Source: an uncultured Ignavibacteria bacterium (GTDB taxonomy: Bacteria > Zixibacteria > MSB-5A5 > JAABVY01 > JAHJOQ01). From it: DNA of 64,000 bases. The stretch spans positions 35,128 through 99,127 of the forward strand of contig CAYQCE010000004.1 of the NCBI GenBank assembly GCA_964415885.1, written 5' to 3'. The notes below the pieces were generated by a model. It saw only the letters and a program-made list of their open reading frames with translations, did no database searches and was not told the origin of the DNA. Made by a program: the position numbers and the translations under genes. Below are positions 30,266-39,258 of the stretch, in pieces. Every line of letters starts with the position of its first letter. Position 1 is the first letter of the stretch.

Positions 30266-30313
30266 CCTTTATCACGATAACAACGAGTCAGGTATCGACT
30301 CGCAATACTCTGT

Positions 30314-31876
30314 CTATCTCACTTCGGCCTTTGTCTTGAACAGGTCGGTTACATCAAGGCTGTCGTCGAGTGATATTACCCGGTAATTCTCGGGGCTCAG
30401 GCTGTCATCCGTCTCGAGTTCGATTTTGAATCGATGATATTTCGAAAGCCTTCGCAGAATGTTGGAACCTGTCTGGGTCATTCTCTCCGCCATATCGGGG
30501 TTGAGAATCAGTCGGTATTTCTTCATCCTCGAACCCGCATGAGCCCTCTGGAACCAACGCTCGATCTTGGTCGCGATCGTGTCGCTCGAGAGCACACGTC
30601 CCAGACCGCTACAGGTCGGACACGGCTCGGAAAATGTCTGGATAAGCGATGGCCTCGTGCGCTCGCGTGTCATCTCTATCAAACCGAAATCCGACACCGG
30701 ATTGATCGCGTTCTTTGCCCGATCGTTTTTGAAGCACGATTTGAAATACTCGAAGAGCCTTCTCCGGTTTTCGCGGTAATGCATATCGATGAAATCGATT
30801 ACAATCAAACCTCCGATATCCCGCAGGCGAATCTGGCGAGCAATTTCAGGAGCGGCTTCCATATTCACCTTAAGGATCGTGCCTTCCTGTTCCTTTTTGC
30901 CGACATATCTACCCGTATTGACATCGATCGCCCAGAGAGCCTCGGTCTGATCGATCACAATAAACGATCCTTTGCGAATCCAGACCTTTCGGTTTAGCGT
31001 TCTGTCAATCTCGTCCTCGATGCCGTAGAGATCGAAGAGAGGTACATTCCCTTTGTAGAGCTCGACCTTCTCACGCAGTTTCGGAGCGACCATCTTGACA
31101 AATGAGATTATCTCGCGGTATTCCTTGCGGGCATCAACGATCACACGCTCGGTATCTTCGGTAAAGAAATCTCTTACTATACTCGTGGTGATGCTCGCGT
31201 CTCTATGCAAAAGAGCCGGGGCGCTCTTCTTGTCGGCAGTCCTGCGGATTCGGTTCCAGATCTTGACCAGGCGTTTGATGTCACGGCTGAAATCTCTCTC
31301 GGTCTTGCCTTCACCCTCGGTCCGCACTATCAGCCCAAAACCATCCGGTCTGAGATCGAAGAGCAGCTTCCGCAGCCGTTTTCTCTCGGCCCAGTTGGAG
31401 ATTCGCTTCGAGACCCGGATGTGGCGCTCATTCGGCACCAGAACGAGGAACCTGCCGGGAAGACTGATAGCGGTGGATACTCTGGCGCCCTTCTGACCGA
31501 GAGGCTCCTTTATGACCTGGACAAGTATCTCCTGGTCCTTACTGATAAGCTTGTCAATAGGATTACGGATATGGGTCTTGCGGATGATGTCCACATCATT
31601 GCCGTTTTCCTCGTCCTCGACCTCGAAGTCGTATCGCCTGGATGCGTTGTCCGTTCCAATGTCGGAAATATGCAGAAACGATGTCCTGTCGAGCCCCAGA
31701 TCGAGGAAAGCAGCCTGCATTCCCGGCAGCACCGCAGTGACTCTGCCCTTGTAGATTGCGCCTACATGCCGTTGATCGCCGGGACGCTCCACGAGAAGCT
31801 CGACAAGCTTATCGTTTTCGAGAATCGCTATCCGGGTCTCGTGCAGCGCGCAATTGATTACAATCTCTTGCTTCAT
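30314..31876 (-). CDS. rng: Ribonuclease G (Rne/Rng family)
   Basis: 520 aa. N-terminal S1 domain (GAIYKGRVTAVLPGMQAAFLDLG), catalytic core with IDVNTG, and CPTCSG Zn-link. Confidence 0.92.
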   Translation of the reverse strand: MKQEIVINCALHETRIAILENDKLVELLVERPGDQRHVGAIYKGRVTAVLPGMQAAFLDLGLDRTSFLHISDIGTDNASRRYDFEVEDEENGNDVDIIRKTHIRNPIDKLISKDQEILVQVIKEPLGQKGARVSTAISLPGRFLVLVPNERHIRVSKRISNWAERKRLRKLLFDLRPDGFGLIVRTEGEGKTERDFSRDIKRLVKIWNRIRRTADKKSAPALLHRDASITTSIVRDFFTEDTERVIVDARKEYREIISFVKMVAPKLREKVELYKGNVPLFDLYGIEDEIDRTLNRKVWIRKGSFIVIDQTEALWAIDVNTGRYVGKKEQEGTILKVNMEAAPEIARQIRLRDIGGLIVIDFIDMHYRENRRRLFEYFKSCFKNDRAKNAINPVSDFGLIEMTRERTRPSLIQTFSEPCPTCSGLGRVLSSDTIATKIERWFQRAHAGSRMKKYRLILNPDMAERMTQTGSNILRRLSKYHRFKIELETDDSLSPENYRVISLDDSLDVTDLFKTKAEVR

Positions 31877-31915
31877 TAACGCTCCTTTCCATCGGCTGCG
31901 AAAAGGAGCACCTGA

Positions 31916-32848
31916 TTATCCGAGAACCTCTCCCGACTTGGGAGGGTTTCCTCTCCGGTAATCATCCGCGTTCATACGTTGCTTCCCAGCGGGTTGGACC
32001 TCAAGCAGCCTCAGCCAGACATCTCCGGCTGCTACGACGAGACCATTCGTGGCGGTATTGTCTACTATCCTGCCGGGAGTATAGCCCGGTTTCGCGGCCT
32101 CGACAGGCTCGCTCCTGTAGATCTTCAATTTGTCGCCATCGCGAAAGGTATACGCACCCGGCTTCGAGGAGAGGCCACGGATCTGATCACGTATCTCCGT
32201 GGCGGGTCTGCTCCAGTCGATTTCGCCGTGTTCCGGCGTCAGTTTGGGTGCGCTCGATGCCTCCGACGGATCCTGCAAAACCGGTTCTATATCGCCTCTT
32301 TCGATACGATCCACCGTTTCGACGAGAAGATCCGCTCCTGTCTGGCTCAGTCTCTCATAGAGACTGTCGTAGTCGTCATCAAGGTGAATCGGCACTTCCT
32401 TCTGAAGCAGAATATCACCCGTATCGACACGTTTCTTGATCTGGAAGGTTGTAACGCCGGTGGCTTTCTCGCCGCGCATAATCGCCCAGTTGATCGGGGC
32501 GGCGCCTCGGTACTTCGGAAGAAGCGAGGCGTGAAGGTTGATCGTACCGTGCGGCGGAATCTCGAATAGCTGCGGGGGCAGTATCCTGAAAGCAACCACC
32601 ACAAACAACGCCGCAGCAAACGAAGAAATCTTTTCCAAAAAATCTTTGTCCTTGAGCTGCTCCACCTGAACGAGCGGAAGTCCGAGTTCTTTCGCCTTTA
32701 GGGCGACTTCCGGTGGGCGGAGTTTTCGTCCGCGGCCGCTCGGTCGATCGGGCGAGGTTACAACGCATGCGATCTCGTGTGACGATGACGCAAGCTTGTT
32801 AAGGCTGGGTAAAGCGAATTTCGGATTACCAAAGAAAATCAGACGCAT
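31916..32848 (-). CDS. fmt: Methionyl-tRNA formyltransferase
   Basis: 310 aa. NLHASLLPKYRGAAPI motif. Follows def. Confidence 0.95.
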   Translation of the reverse strand: MRLIFFGNPKFALPSLNKLASSSHEIACVVTSPDRPSGRGRKLRPPEVALKAKELGLPLVQVEQLKDKDFLEKISSFAAALFVVVAFRILPPQLFEIPPHGTINLHASLLPKYRGAAPINWAIMRGEKATGVTTFQIKKRVDTGDILLQKEVPIHLDDDYDSLYERLSQTGADLLVETVDRIERGDIEPVLQDPSEASSAPKLTPEHGEIDWSRPATEIRDQIRGLSSKPGAYTFRDGDKLKIYRSEPVEAAKPGYTPGRIVDNTATNGLVVAAGDVWLRLLEVQPAGKQRMNADDYRRGNPPKSGEVLG

Positions 32849-32850
32849 TC

Positions 32851-33357
32851 TCAGCCGACTTTTATCTTTTTGAGTCTGCCGGCCAGCATATCACGATCGG
32901 AAGGTTCGAGATAGTCTATGAAGAGGACCCCGTCCAGATGATCGTTCTCATGCAGTATCGCCCTGGCCGCAAGACCGGTCGCCTCTGCGCGATGCGTCTT
33001 GCCATGGAGATCCTGAAACCTCACAATGACCTTTTCCGGGCGATGAACCTCGAGATAGAGATCCGGGAAGGAGAGACATCCCTCTTCTCCGGCTTGCTCG
33101 CCCCCGGTTTTTTCGATGACGGGGTTTATGAATGCTGTCGGTTCAGAGTCGAAATCGTGTTCCGACAGGTCAATTATAAAAACTCTTCGGGTGTCGCCTA
33201 CCTGAGGCGCCGCCAAACCAACACCACGGGCGGCTTTCATGATGGAGAACATTCTCTCCACAAAGCTTTTCAGTTCCTCATCGAAGACTGTCACCGGTTC
33301 GCATTTCTCACGAAGAACCGGGTCTCCATACTTTCGAACCAGATTTCTGGCCATCAA
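32851..33357 (-). CDS. def: Peptide deformylase
   Basis: 168 aa. GVGLAAPQVG, EGCLSFP and HENDHLDG motifs. Confidence 0.96.
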   Translation of the reverse strand: MMARNLVRKYGDPVLREKCEPVTVFDEELKSFVERMFSIMKAARGVGLAAPQVGDTRRVFIIDLSEHDFDSEPTAFINPVIEKTGGEQAGEEGCLSFPDLYLEVHRPEKVIVRFQDLHGKTHRAEATGLAARAILHENDHLDGVLFIDYLEPSDRDMLAGRLKKIKVG

Positions 33358-33363
33358 ACTCGC

Positions 33364-33681
33364 CTACTTCTCAACTAATCCAGCAATGGAAGTCTTTACA
33401 AATTCTACTTTTACCTGATCGGCAATCTTCAGGACCACTTTATTCTGATCATCGTGAATACCCACGACAGTTCCTATCATTCCACTATTCGTAACCACAC
33501 GGTCCCCGGTCCGAAGATTGTCTATCATTTGCCGATGCTCTTTCTGACGCTTCTGCTGTGGACGAATCATGAAAAAATACATAATCGCGATAATCGGCAC
33601 GAAGAAAATCAGCATCTGCACTAACGGATTTCCGCCGCCTTCTCCCGGCTGACTCGCTAAGCCTATTAGAGTCTCAATCAC
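33364..33681 (-). CDS. yajC: Preprotein translocase subunit YajC
   Basis: 105 aa. Single TM helix followed by RPQQKRQKEH...GDRVVTNSGMIGTV. Confidence 0.9.
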   Translation of the reverse strand: MIETLIGLASQPGEGGGNPLVQMLIFFVPIIAIMYFFMIRPQQKRQKEHRQMIDNLRTGDRVVTNSGMIGTVVGIHDDQNKVVLKIADQVKVEFVKTSIAGLVEK

Positions 33682-33756
33682 TAAAAACCTCCTCCTTGGA
33701 GCCTGCTAACAGATATTCTATTTATCCGTTAAGAATCCGTCCAAAACAAGCCAAAG

Positions 33757-34893
33757 TCAAGCTAATTTTTGTCCACAATTTTTAACATACCGCGATATAA
33801 AATGTTCCTTGTATGCCCTGAAACAGCCGTCACTTATGGCCTCTCTCGCACCGACCATCAGATCGGAGAGAAACTTCAGGTTGTGAATCGTCGCGAGCCT
33901 GAGGGCGGACGGTTCGTTGATGTTGAAGAGATGCCGCAGATACGCCCTGTGATACTGACGGCAGGTCAGGCAATGACACTCATCGTCTATCGGACGAAAG
34001 TCTCGCTTGTATCTCGCCGCCTTGACTATCATCCGGCCGTCACGTGTGAACAGAGTGGCGTTGCGGGCATTTCGTGTAGGTAGAACGCAGTCGAACATAT
34101 CAAAGCCGAGATCAATCATCTCAAGAAGCTCCACCGGTGTACCAAGCCCCATGAAATACCTCGGCTTCTCCTCAGGCATCATCCGCACAGTATGACTCGC
34201 GATCTCGAACATGATATCGTGCGGCTCTCCGACGGACAACCCCCCGACAGCATAGCCGGGCAAATCGATCTCGAGAGTCCGCTCGGCCGACTCGGTCCGA
34301 AGATCGGCATAAGTTGAACCTTGGATAATACCGAAAAGCGCCTGCTTTTCCTCGAGCGGCCGCCAGGCTGCCTCCGCCCGTCTGAGCCAATCGTGGGTTG
34401 TCCTGAGCGCCTCGGCTGCATCTGTGCGGTCTGACGGATATTCAAGGCAGACGTCAAGGGGCATCATGATATCGGATTCGAGGACCCTCTGTATCTCAAC
34501 CACCCTCTCCGGTGTGAATCGATGCGAGGAGCCATCGAGATGCGATTTGAATGTGACGCCATCTGAATCCATCGTCGTCAGATCACCGAGGCTGAATACC
34601 TGAAATCCTCCGGAATCGGTGAGTATTGGCTTCCGCCATGAAACGAATCTGTGCAGACCACCGGCATCAGAGATAACTTCCGTGCCGGGACGGAGATACA
34701 GATGGTACGTGTTGCCGAGAATGATCTCGAATCCGAGCGACTCGAGATCATCGGCGGATATCGCCTTAACCGCCCCCGCCGTGCCTACCGGCATGAAACA
34801 CGGGGTAGTAACGGTACCACTTCGGGTCGTTATCGTACCCAAACGGGACGCCGAACTCGGGTCATGGCTCTTTTCGACAATGCTGAAAGTCAT
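33757..34893 (-). CDS. tgt: tRNA-guanine transglycosylase
   Basis: TPCFMPVGT, LGNTYHL and DCVLPTRNARN motifs. Start set to ATG 34893 (MTFSIVEKS), preceded by AGGAG. Confidence 0.95.
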   Translation of the reverse strand: MTFSIVEKSHDPSSASRLGTITTRSGTVTTPCFMPVGTAGAVKAISADDLESLGFEIILGNTYHLYLRPGTEVISDAGGLHRFVSWRKPILTDSGGFQVFSLGDLTTMDSDGVTFKSHLDGSSHRFTPERVVEIQRVLESDIMMPLDVCLEYPSDRTDAAEALRTTHDWLRRAEAAWRPLEEKQALFGIIQGSTYADLRTESAERTLEIDLPGYAVGGLSVGEPHDIMFEIASHTVRMMPEEKPRYFMGLGTPVELLEMIDLGFDMFDCVLPTRNARNATLFTRDGRMIVKAARYKRDFRPIDDECHCLTCRQYHRAYLRHLFNINEPSALRLATIHNLKFLSDLMVGAREAISDGCFRAYKEHFISRYVKNCGQKLA

Positions 34894-35144
34894 ACAACTC
34901 CTGCTGCTCAACGAGATAAATAGATAGCGGCTCGAAGGCTCTGACACAAGCCGAATCTCCTTCTAATGGTTTCGAATTTGTACGGATGATGTTTTCTTTG
35001 GAAGCCACCGTAAATCGCAAAAGGTTCCGACGAGTTTACCGATAACCTAAGTGTATTCGGGAACGGCGCCATAGTCGCCCGACGACTCGATCAGTCAGAG
35101 ACTTACGATGCCCTGAATAGCATTTCTTATCGGAGGCGTGAACA

Positions 35145-36566
35145 TTGGAAGCACCGTCATCGACTACCGCAACCAGGAACCAAGTATCAGCATCAAATGA
35201 AAAAAAGGACTTCAGGCCGATCTTTATCAATTGGCCGGTAAATGATGATTCCGTTGATACATGTGACCTGTTCGACAGAATCGAGCTGAGTGATTACGAT
35301 GTCGCGTTCTTCGATCCGCTCGAGTTCGCCGTGCAGAACGGCCTCAGGTCGAACACCCATGACCTCTCAGAGATGGAGTATGTCTCGTATCCGGAAACGA
35401 ACTTCTTCAGTTTCCTTTCCGAAATTAAGACCGCCAGCGAGTCAGTGAGACGTCTTTTGGACAAGAACGGAATTCTCGTTGTCAGGTCACAGATTCCGAA
35501 TACGCAGCTCAAGATTCGCAAGAAATCCTCGGTTGGAACCGGACAATACACAGAATCAGTCGTCTCTCCCTACTTCTGGCTAAATGACCTGATCGGACGC
35601 TACCAGTTTCAATTCACCAACATGAATACGATCAAATTCAATGTCCGGACCAACCCGCTGCGAAAAGTGTTCGGCGACACCTCGGTCATATGCAACCAGA
35701 CCCAGAATGTGATCAGTGAAGGTAGAGTTGAAATTATTGCACATACCTACCCCTCGCCGAAATATCCCGCTATCTCCAAGGTGACATTCAAGGACAGCCC
35801 CGGACAGATATACTTCATACCAAAATTCAGAAAGGGCCGGGAGTGGACTCACCTCATCGATGCCTTCGAGAGGATAGCGTTCAACAAGCTGTTTGGTGTA
35901 AATAAACTGACCTGGCTGAGCAGCTTTGAGACCGAACTGGAGAAGCTCAACCCCTACCAGGCCGAACTGGAAGAGATAGAGGAGCAGGTCGGCAATCTGC
36001 AGAAACGCAAACAGGAGTTGCTGAAGAAGATCGAGGAGACCACACGCCTGATCGATCTGCTCGTCGAGAAGGATATCGAACTCGATCTATCGGTACGAAC
36101 AGCCTTCGAACTTCTGGGATTCAAATCTCCGACTACTCTCGGATCAACGACTGCCGAATCACATGAGATAATCGTGCACGGCGACAAGATCCAGAGATGC
36201 GTGCTCAGAGTCCAAAGCACCGAGAAATCACCCGTCCGTGCCGGTGATGTCGAGGCTCTTCTCGAGGCTGTCGAAGCGAGAGATCTCAAATCGGTGCCCA
36301 AGGCGATTTTCGTCGGAAACTCCCAACGAATGCTCCCACCGAGCGAACGGGATACGTGGTTCGACCTTGATGCCCAGAAACTCGCACGAAAGCATGACAT
36401 CTGCCTGATGCCGTCGTTCGAATTGTACCTCGCGGCGTGCTATGTTCTAAAGAACAAATCCAATGGAATGCTGGATCAGATACGCAAGTCTCTCCAGAGA
36501 GACATCCTGAACTGCGACAGTGAATTTCAGCTCAATAGAAAGAAATACGCCCTTTCGTTTCGATAG
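35145..36566 (+). CDS. Hypothetical protein: unknown N-domain, central coiled coil, restriction-endonuclease-like C-domain
   Basis: 473-aa ORF with a TTG start 8 nt after GGAGG. No family recognised for aa 1-250. E/K/L heptad-rich aa ~255-310. The C-terminal ~160 aa show Mrr/NERD-like secondary-structure order, with HGD (D347) and VQSTEK (356-361). Confidence 0.7.
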   Translation: MEAPSSTTATRNQVSASNEKKDFRPIFINWPVNDDSVDTCDLFDRIELSDYDVAFFDPLEFAVQNGLRSNTHDLSEMEYVSYPETNFFSFLSEIKTASESVRRLLDKNGILVVRSQIPNTQLKIRKKSSVGTGQYTESVVSPYFWLNDLIGRYQFQFTNMNTIKFNVRTNPLRKVFGDTSVICNQTQNVISEGRVEIIAHTYPSPKYPAISKVTFKDSPGQIYFIPKFRKGREWTHLIDAFERIAFNKLFGVNKLTWLSSFETELEKLNPYQAELEEIEEQVGNLQKRKQELLKKIEETTRLIDLLVEKDIELDLSVRTAFELLGFKSPTTLGSTTAESHEIIVHGDKIQRCVLRVQSTEKSPVRAGDVEALLEAVEARDLKSVPKAIFVGNSQRMLPPSERDTWFDLDAQKLARKHDICLMPSFELYLAACYVLKNKSNGMLDQIRKSLQRDILNCDSEFQLNRKKYALSFR

Positions 36567-36568
36567 AC

Positions 36569-37060
36569 TCAATCCCCATCCAATTGAAAACCAAATCGCG
36601 AAGCCAAACCCACGGACGGCGCGTTGCCCTCTGCTACGTACGCTATCGTCTCCTCGTAGCCCGCATCAATCATTGAGTTCACGGCATGCTTCATCAACGT
36701 CGAGGCTACTTTCGAGCGTTTCCGGTCAGGGCTGGTCATGGCGAACGCAAGAAGCGGGACATTGTCCTCCTTGTGGAGTGTCACGATGACCGCACCGACC
36801 ATAACATCCGCCACTTCCGCAACATATGAGCAATCCCATATTGGCATCCCATACTCTCCGTCAACGAGACGTCGCACATCCAGGCGGGCATCCTCAATAT
36901 CCTCATCCTCATAGTCAATTGTGCCTCTGTACGCGCTCAGCATCAACACCGCAAGAGCTTCGCCATCCTCCTCACTCACATTCCTGATCTCGCAATCGTT
37001 AATGTAAGGAATATCGTTCCGTGTCAATTTCGCTCTCAGCTTCTGTCTGGACTCAGTCAA
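36569..37060 (-). CDS. GNAT-family N-acetyltransferase
   Basis: 163 aa. Typical GNAT beta4-alpha3 region VGAVIVTL...LLAFAMTSPDRKRSKVASTLMKHAV and a C-terminal GFQL strand. Confidence 0.8.
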   Translation of the reverse strand: MTESRQKLRAKLTRNDIPYINDCEIRNVSEEDGEALAVLMLSAYRGTIDYEDEDIEDARLDVRRLVDGEYGMPIWDCSYVAEVADVMVGAVIVTLHKEDNVPLLAFAMTSPDRKRSKVASTLMKHAVNSMIDAGYEETIAYVAEGNAPSVGLASRFGFQLDGD

Positions 37061-37187
37061 TCAGCCACCTCCGTTTGAATTGCCGAACAGCTAATTACAA
37101 TTAATAAAGCCAAATCCCGCAAAAAAGCAAATTCGAGCAACAAGTTAATGGATACAGACGTAGATGTTCACATATTCACCTAATTGA

Positions 37188-37216
37188 TTGCATTGCCAAT
37201 CTGTCTTTCGTATAGA
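37188..37216 (+). promoter_or_regulatory. Candidate sigma-70 promoter of the M14 pair
   Basis: TTGCAT, 17 nt, TATAGA(AT), located about 35 nt upstream of the ATG at 37252. Confidence 0.35.
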
Positions 37217-37251
37217 ATACACGGTGCAATTAGATATGAATGGAGGACTTC

Positions 37252-39258
37252 ATGAAATGGACTTTCTTCGCGACCGTGCTTCTGTGTTTTGTAGCGATGG
37301 TCTCCATATCCCTAGCGGTTGAGAAACCATCGACCGGCTATATGCCTCCCGAACAGGCTTTAGAGCGATTGAAACAGATCGCTGACGATGCCGGTGATGT
37401 CGCGGAGTTCATCGAGCTCGCAGAGACTCCCGGCGGGAGGGTAGTCGGCATTGCGATGATCGGCGAAAACCACTCTAACCCGGCGATACTTGTCGTTGCC
37501 AACATGGAGGGCAATTCACCACAGTCAACCGAAGCAGCCATCAGGCTCGCGAAAACTGTCGTTACTGATTGGAGCGATGATCTCTCGAATCTCTCGTACT
37601 ACATCATAGCAATCGGCAATCCTGACGGGTACGCGCGATTCTTCGGCGATCCGCTAATCGAATCGTATGGCAACGAATCGAGCATCAATGATGATAATGA
37701 TGAAGCAGTCGATGAGGACGCGCCTGCCGATCTGAACGGCGACGGTTTCGTCACGCTGATGCGCCAGAAGCACCCCGAGGGGAACTGGGTAGAGATCGAG
37801 GGTAATCCGGTACTGATGAAACGCGCGGAGAGCGGAAAGGGTGAGGTCGGCGTGTATCGTCTCTTCACAGAGAGCAGAGATAAAGATGGCGACGGGAAGA
37901 TGGGCGAAGACGGCCCCGGTGGATCAAATCCGGGACGGAACTTCCCGCACAATTTCAAGCACTACACAAACACCAACGGCCCTTGGCCTGCCAGCGAGGC
38001 CGAGTCGAGAGCGATTCTGCGGTTCGCCTTCGATCATCCTGAGATCGCGATGGTGTTGACATTCGGCCGCACGAACTCACTGCGCAGCGTGCCGGAGTCG
38101 AGCCAGAAGGCGAAGGCGGGAAGCAACAGGTACAAGCTGCCGGAGAGGATTGCCGAGCAGATGGGACTCAATCCGGACGAGGAGTATGAGATATCGAAAC
38201 TCGTCGAGATGGGAAAGGAATTCACCGGCTACGAAGATCTGACCGAGGAAATGGTTCTCCAGTTCCTCGGAGTTGGTGCAGCGGTCAATCCGAACCTCAA
38301 CGACCTTCCCTATTGGAATGAACTGAGCGATCGATACAAGGAATTTATGAAGGAAGCCGGATTCGAGGAAGAGCGGCTCGACTCTAAGGAATTCTCGCCG
38401 GGCTGTATCGAGGAGTGGGCCTATTACCAGTACGGTGTTCCCTCCTTCAGCATGGATTTCTGGACCCTTCCCAAGCCAAAGAAGGAAGAGGATAAGGAAA
38501 AGGTCGACGGGGCTATGACTCCTGACGAGATCGAACAGATGACCAATGATGAGTTCATTGCACTCGGTGAGGAAAAGATAAACGAGTTTCTCAAGGCAAG
38601 CGGTACACCATCGCAGTATACCGCGCAGATGGTCATCATGGCGCTCCGGGGCGGTATGATGGACACAAAGAAAATGGCCGAGATGATGAGGAAGATGCAA
38701 TCGAAGGAGGAATCCGGCGGTGCGGATGAAACCGAGGAAGCGCTCTACAAGTTGAAACCGGAGATGATTCTCGACTGGCAGACATTTCAGCATCCCGATC
38801 TCGGTGAGGTCGAGATCGGCGGCGCTGTACCGTACGCCGAGATAGCCCCTCCGCATGACATTCTCGATTCGATTCTAACCTCAAAGCTGCCGTTCGTGCG
38901 CAAGCTCTCGGAGCATCTTCCGATGATCCAAGTCGGGCAATCGGAAATTAGGAAGGTGGCATCCGGCGTATATCGCGTCAAGACGTGGGTCGTCAACAAC
39001 GGGTTCCTTCCGTATCCGACACATCAGGGCCTCCGTTGCCAACGGCCTCTCCCGACAGTCGTGACAATTTCCGGGCCGGGTATCGAGCTGATCGAGGGCA
39101 AGGAGCGAACCACGCTCGGAGTGCTCGGTGGATCGGGCGGTTCACAGGAGCTGACATGGCTTATCGAGGCGCCGGCCGGAACGAAGATTGATATCAGGGC
39201 AACCGCGAAGAGCGCGGGAACCGACACGAAGACTGTAACACTCGGAGGTAACCGCTAA
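37252..39258 (+). CDS. Secreted M14 carboxypeptidase-like protein lacking the zinc ligands (predicted pseudo-peptidase)
   Basis: Start at ATG 37252 (MKWTFF..., signal peptide) after GGAGG. Paralogous along its length to the downstream M14 gene, but HxxE is replaced by ExxS (NMEGNS, 37501-37518) and the third-ligand His by Gly (LTFGRTNS). The catalytic Glu position reads Asp (SMDFW). Confidence 0.75.
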   Translation: MKWTFFATVLLCFVAMVSISLAVEKPSTGYMPPEQALERLKQIADDAGDVAEFIELAETPGGRVVGIAMIGENHSNPAILVVANMEGNSPQSTEAAIRLAKTVVTDWSDDLSNLSYYIIAIGNPDGYARFFGDPLIESYGNESSINDDNDEAVDEDAPADLNGDGFVTLMRQKHPEGNWVEIEGNPVLMKRAESGKGEVGVYRLFTESRDKDGDGKMGEDGPGGSNPGRNFPHNFKHYTNTNGPWPASEAESRAILRFAFDHPEIAMVLTFGRTNSLRSVPESSQKAKAGSNRYKLPERIAEQMGLNPDEEYEISKLVEMGKEFTGYEDLTEEMVLQFLGVGAAVNPNLNDLPYWNELSDRYKEFMKEAGFEEERLDSKEFSPGCIEEWAYYQYGVPSFSMDFWTLPKPKKEEDKEKVDGAMTPDEIEQMTNDEFIALGEEKINEFLKASGTPSQYTAQMVIMALRGGMMDTKKMAEMMRKMQSKEESGGADETEEALYKLKPEMILDWQTFQHPDLGEVEIGGAVPYAEIAPPHDILDSILTSKLPFVRKLSEHLPMIQVGQSEIRKVASGVYRVKTWVVNNGFLPYPTHQGLRCQRPLPTVVTISGPGIELIEGKERTTLGVLGGSGGSQELTWLIEAPAGTKIDIRATAKSAGTDTKTVTLGGNR

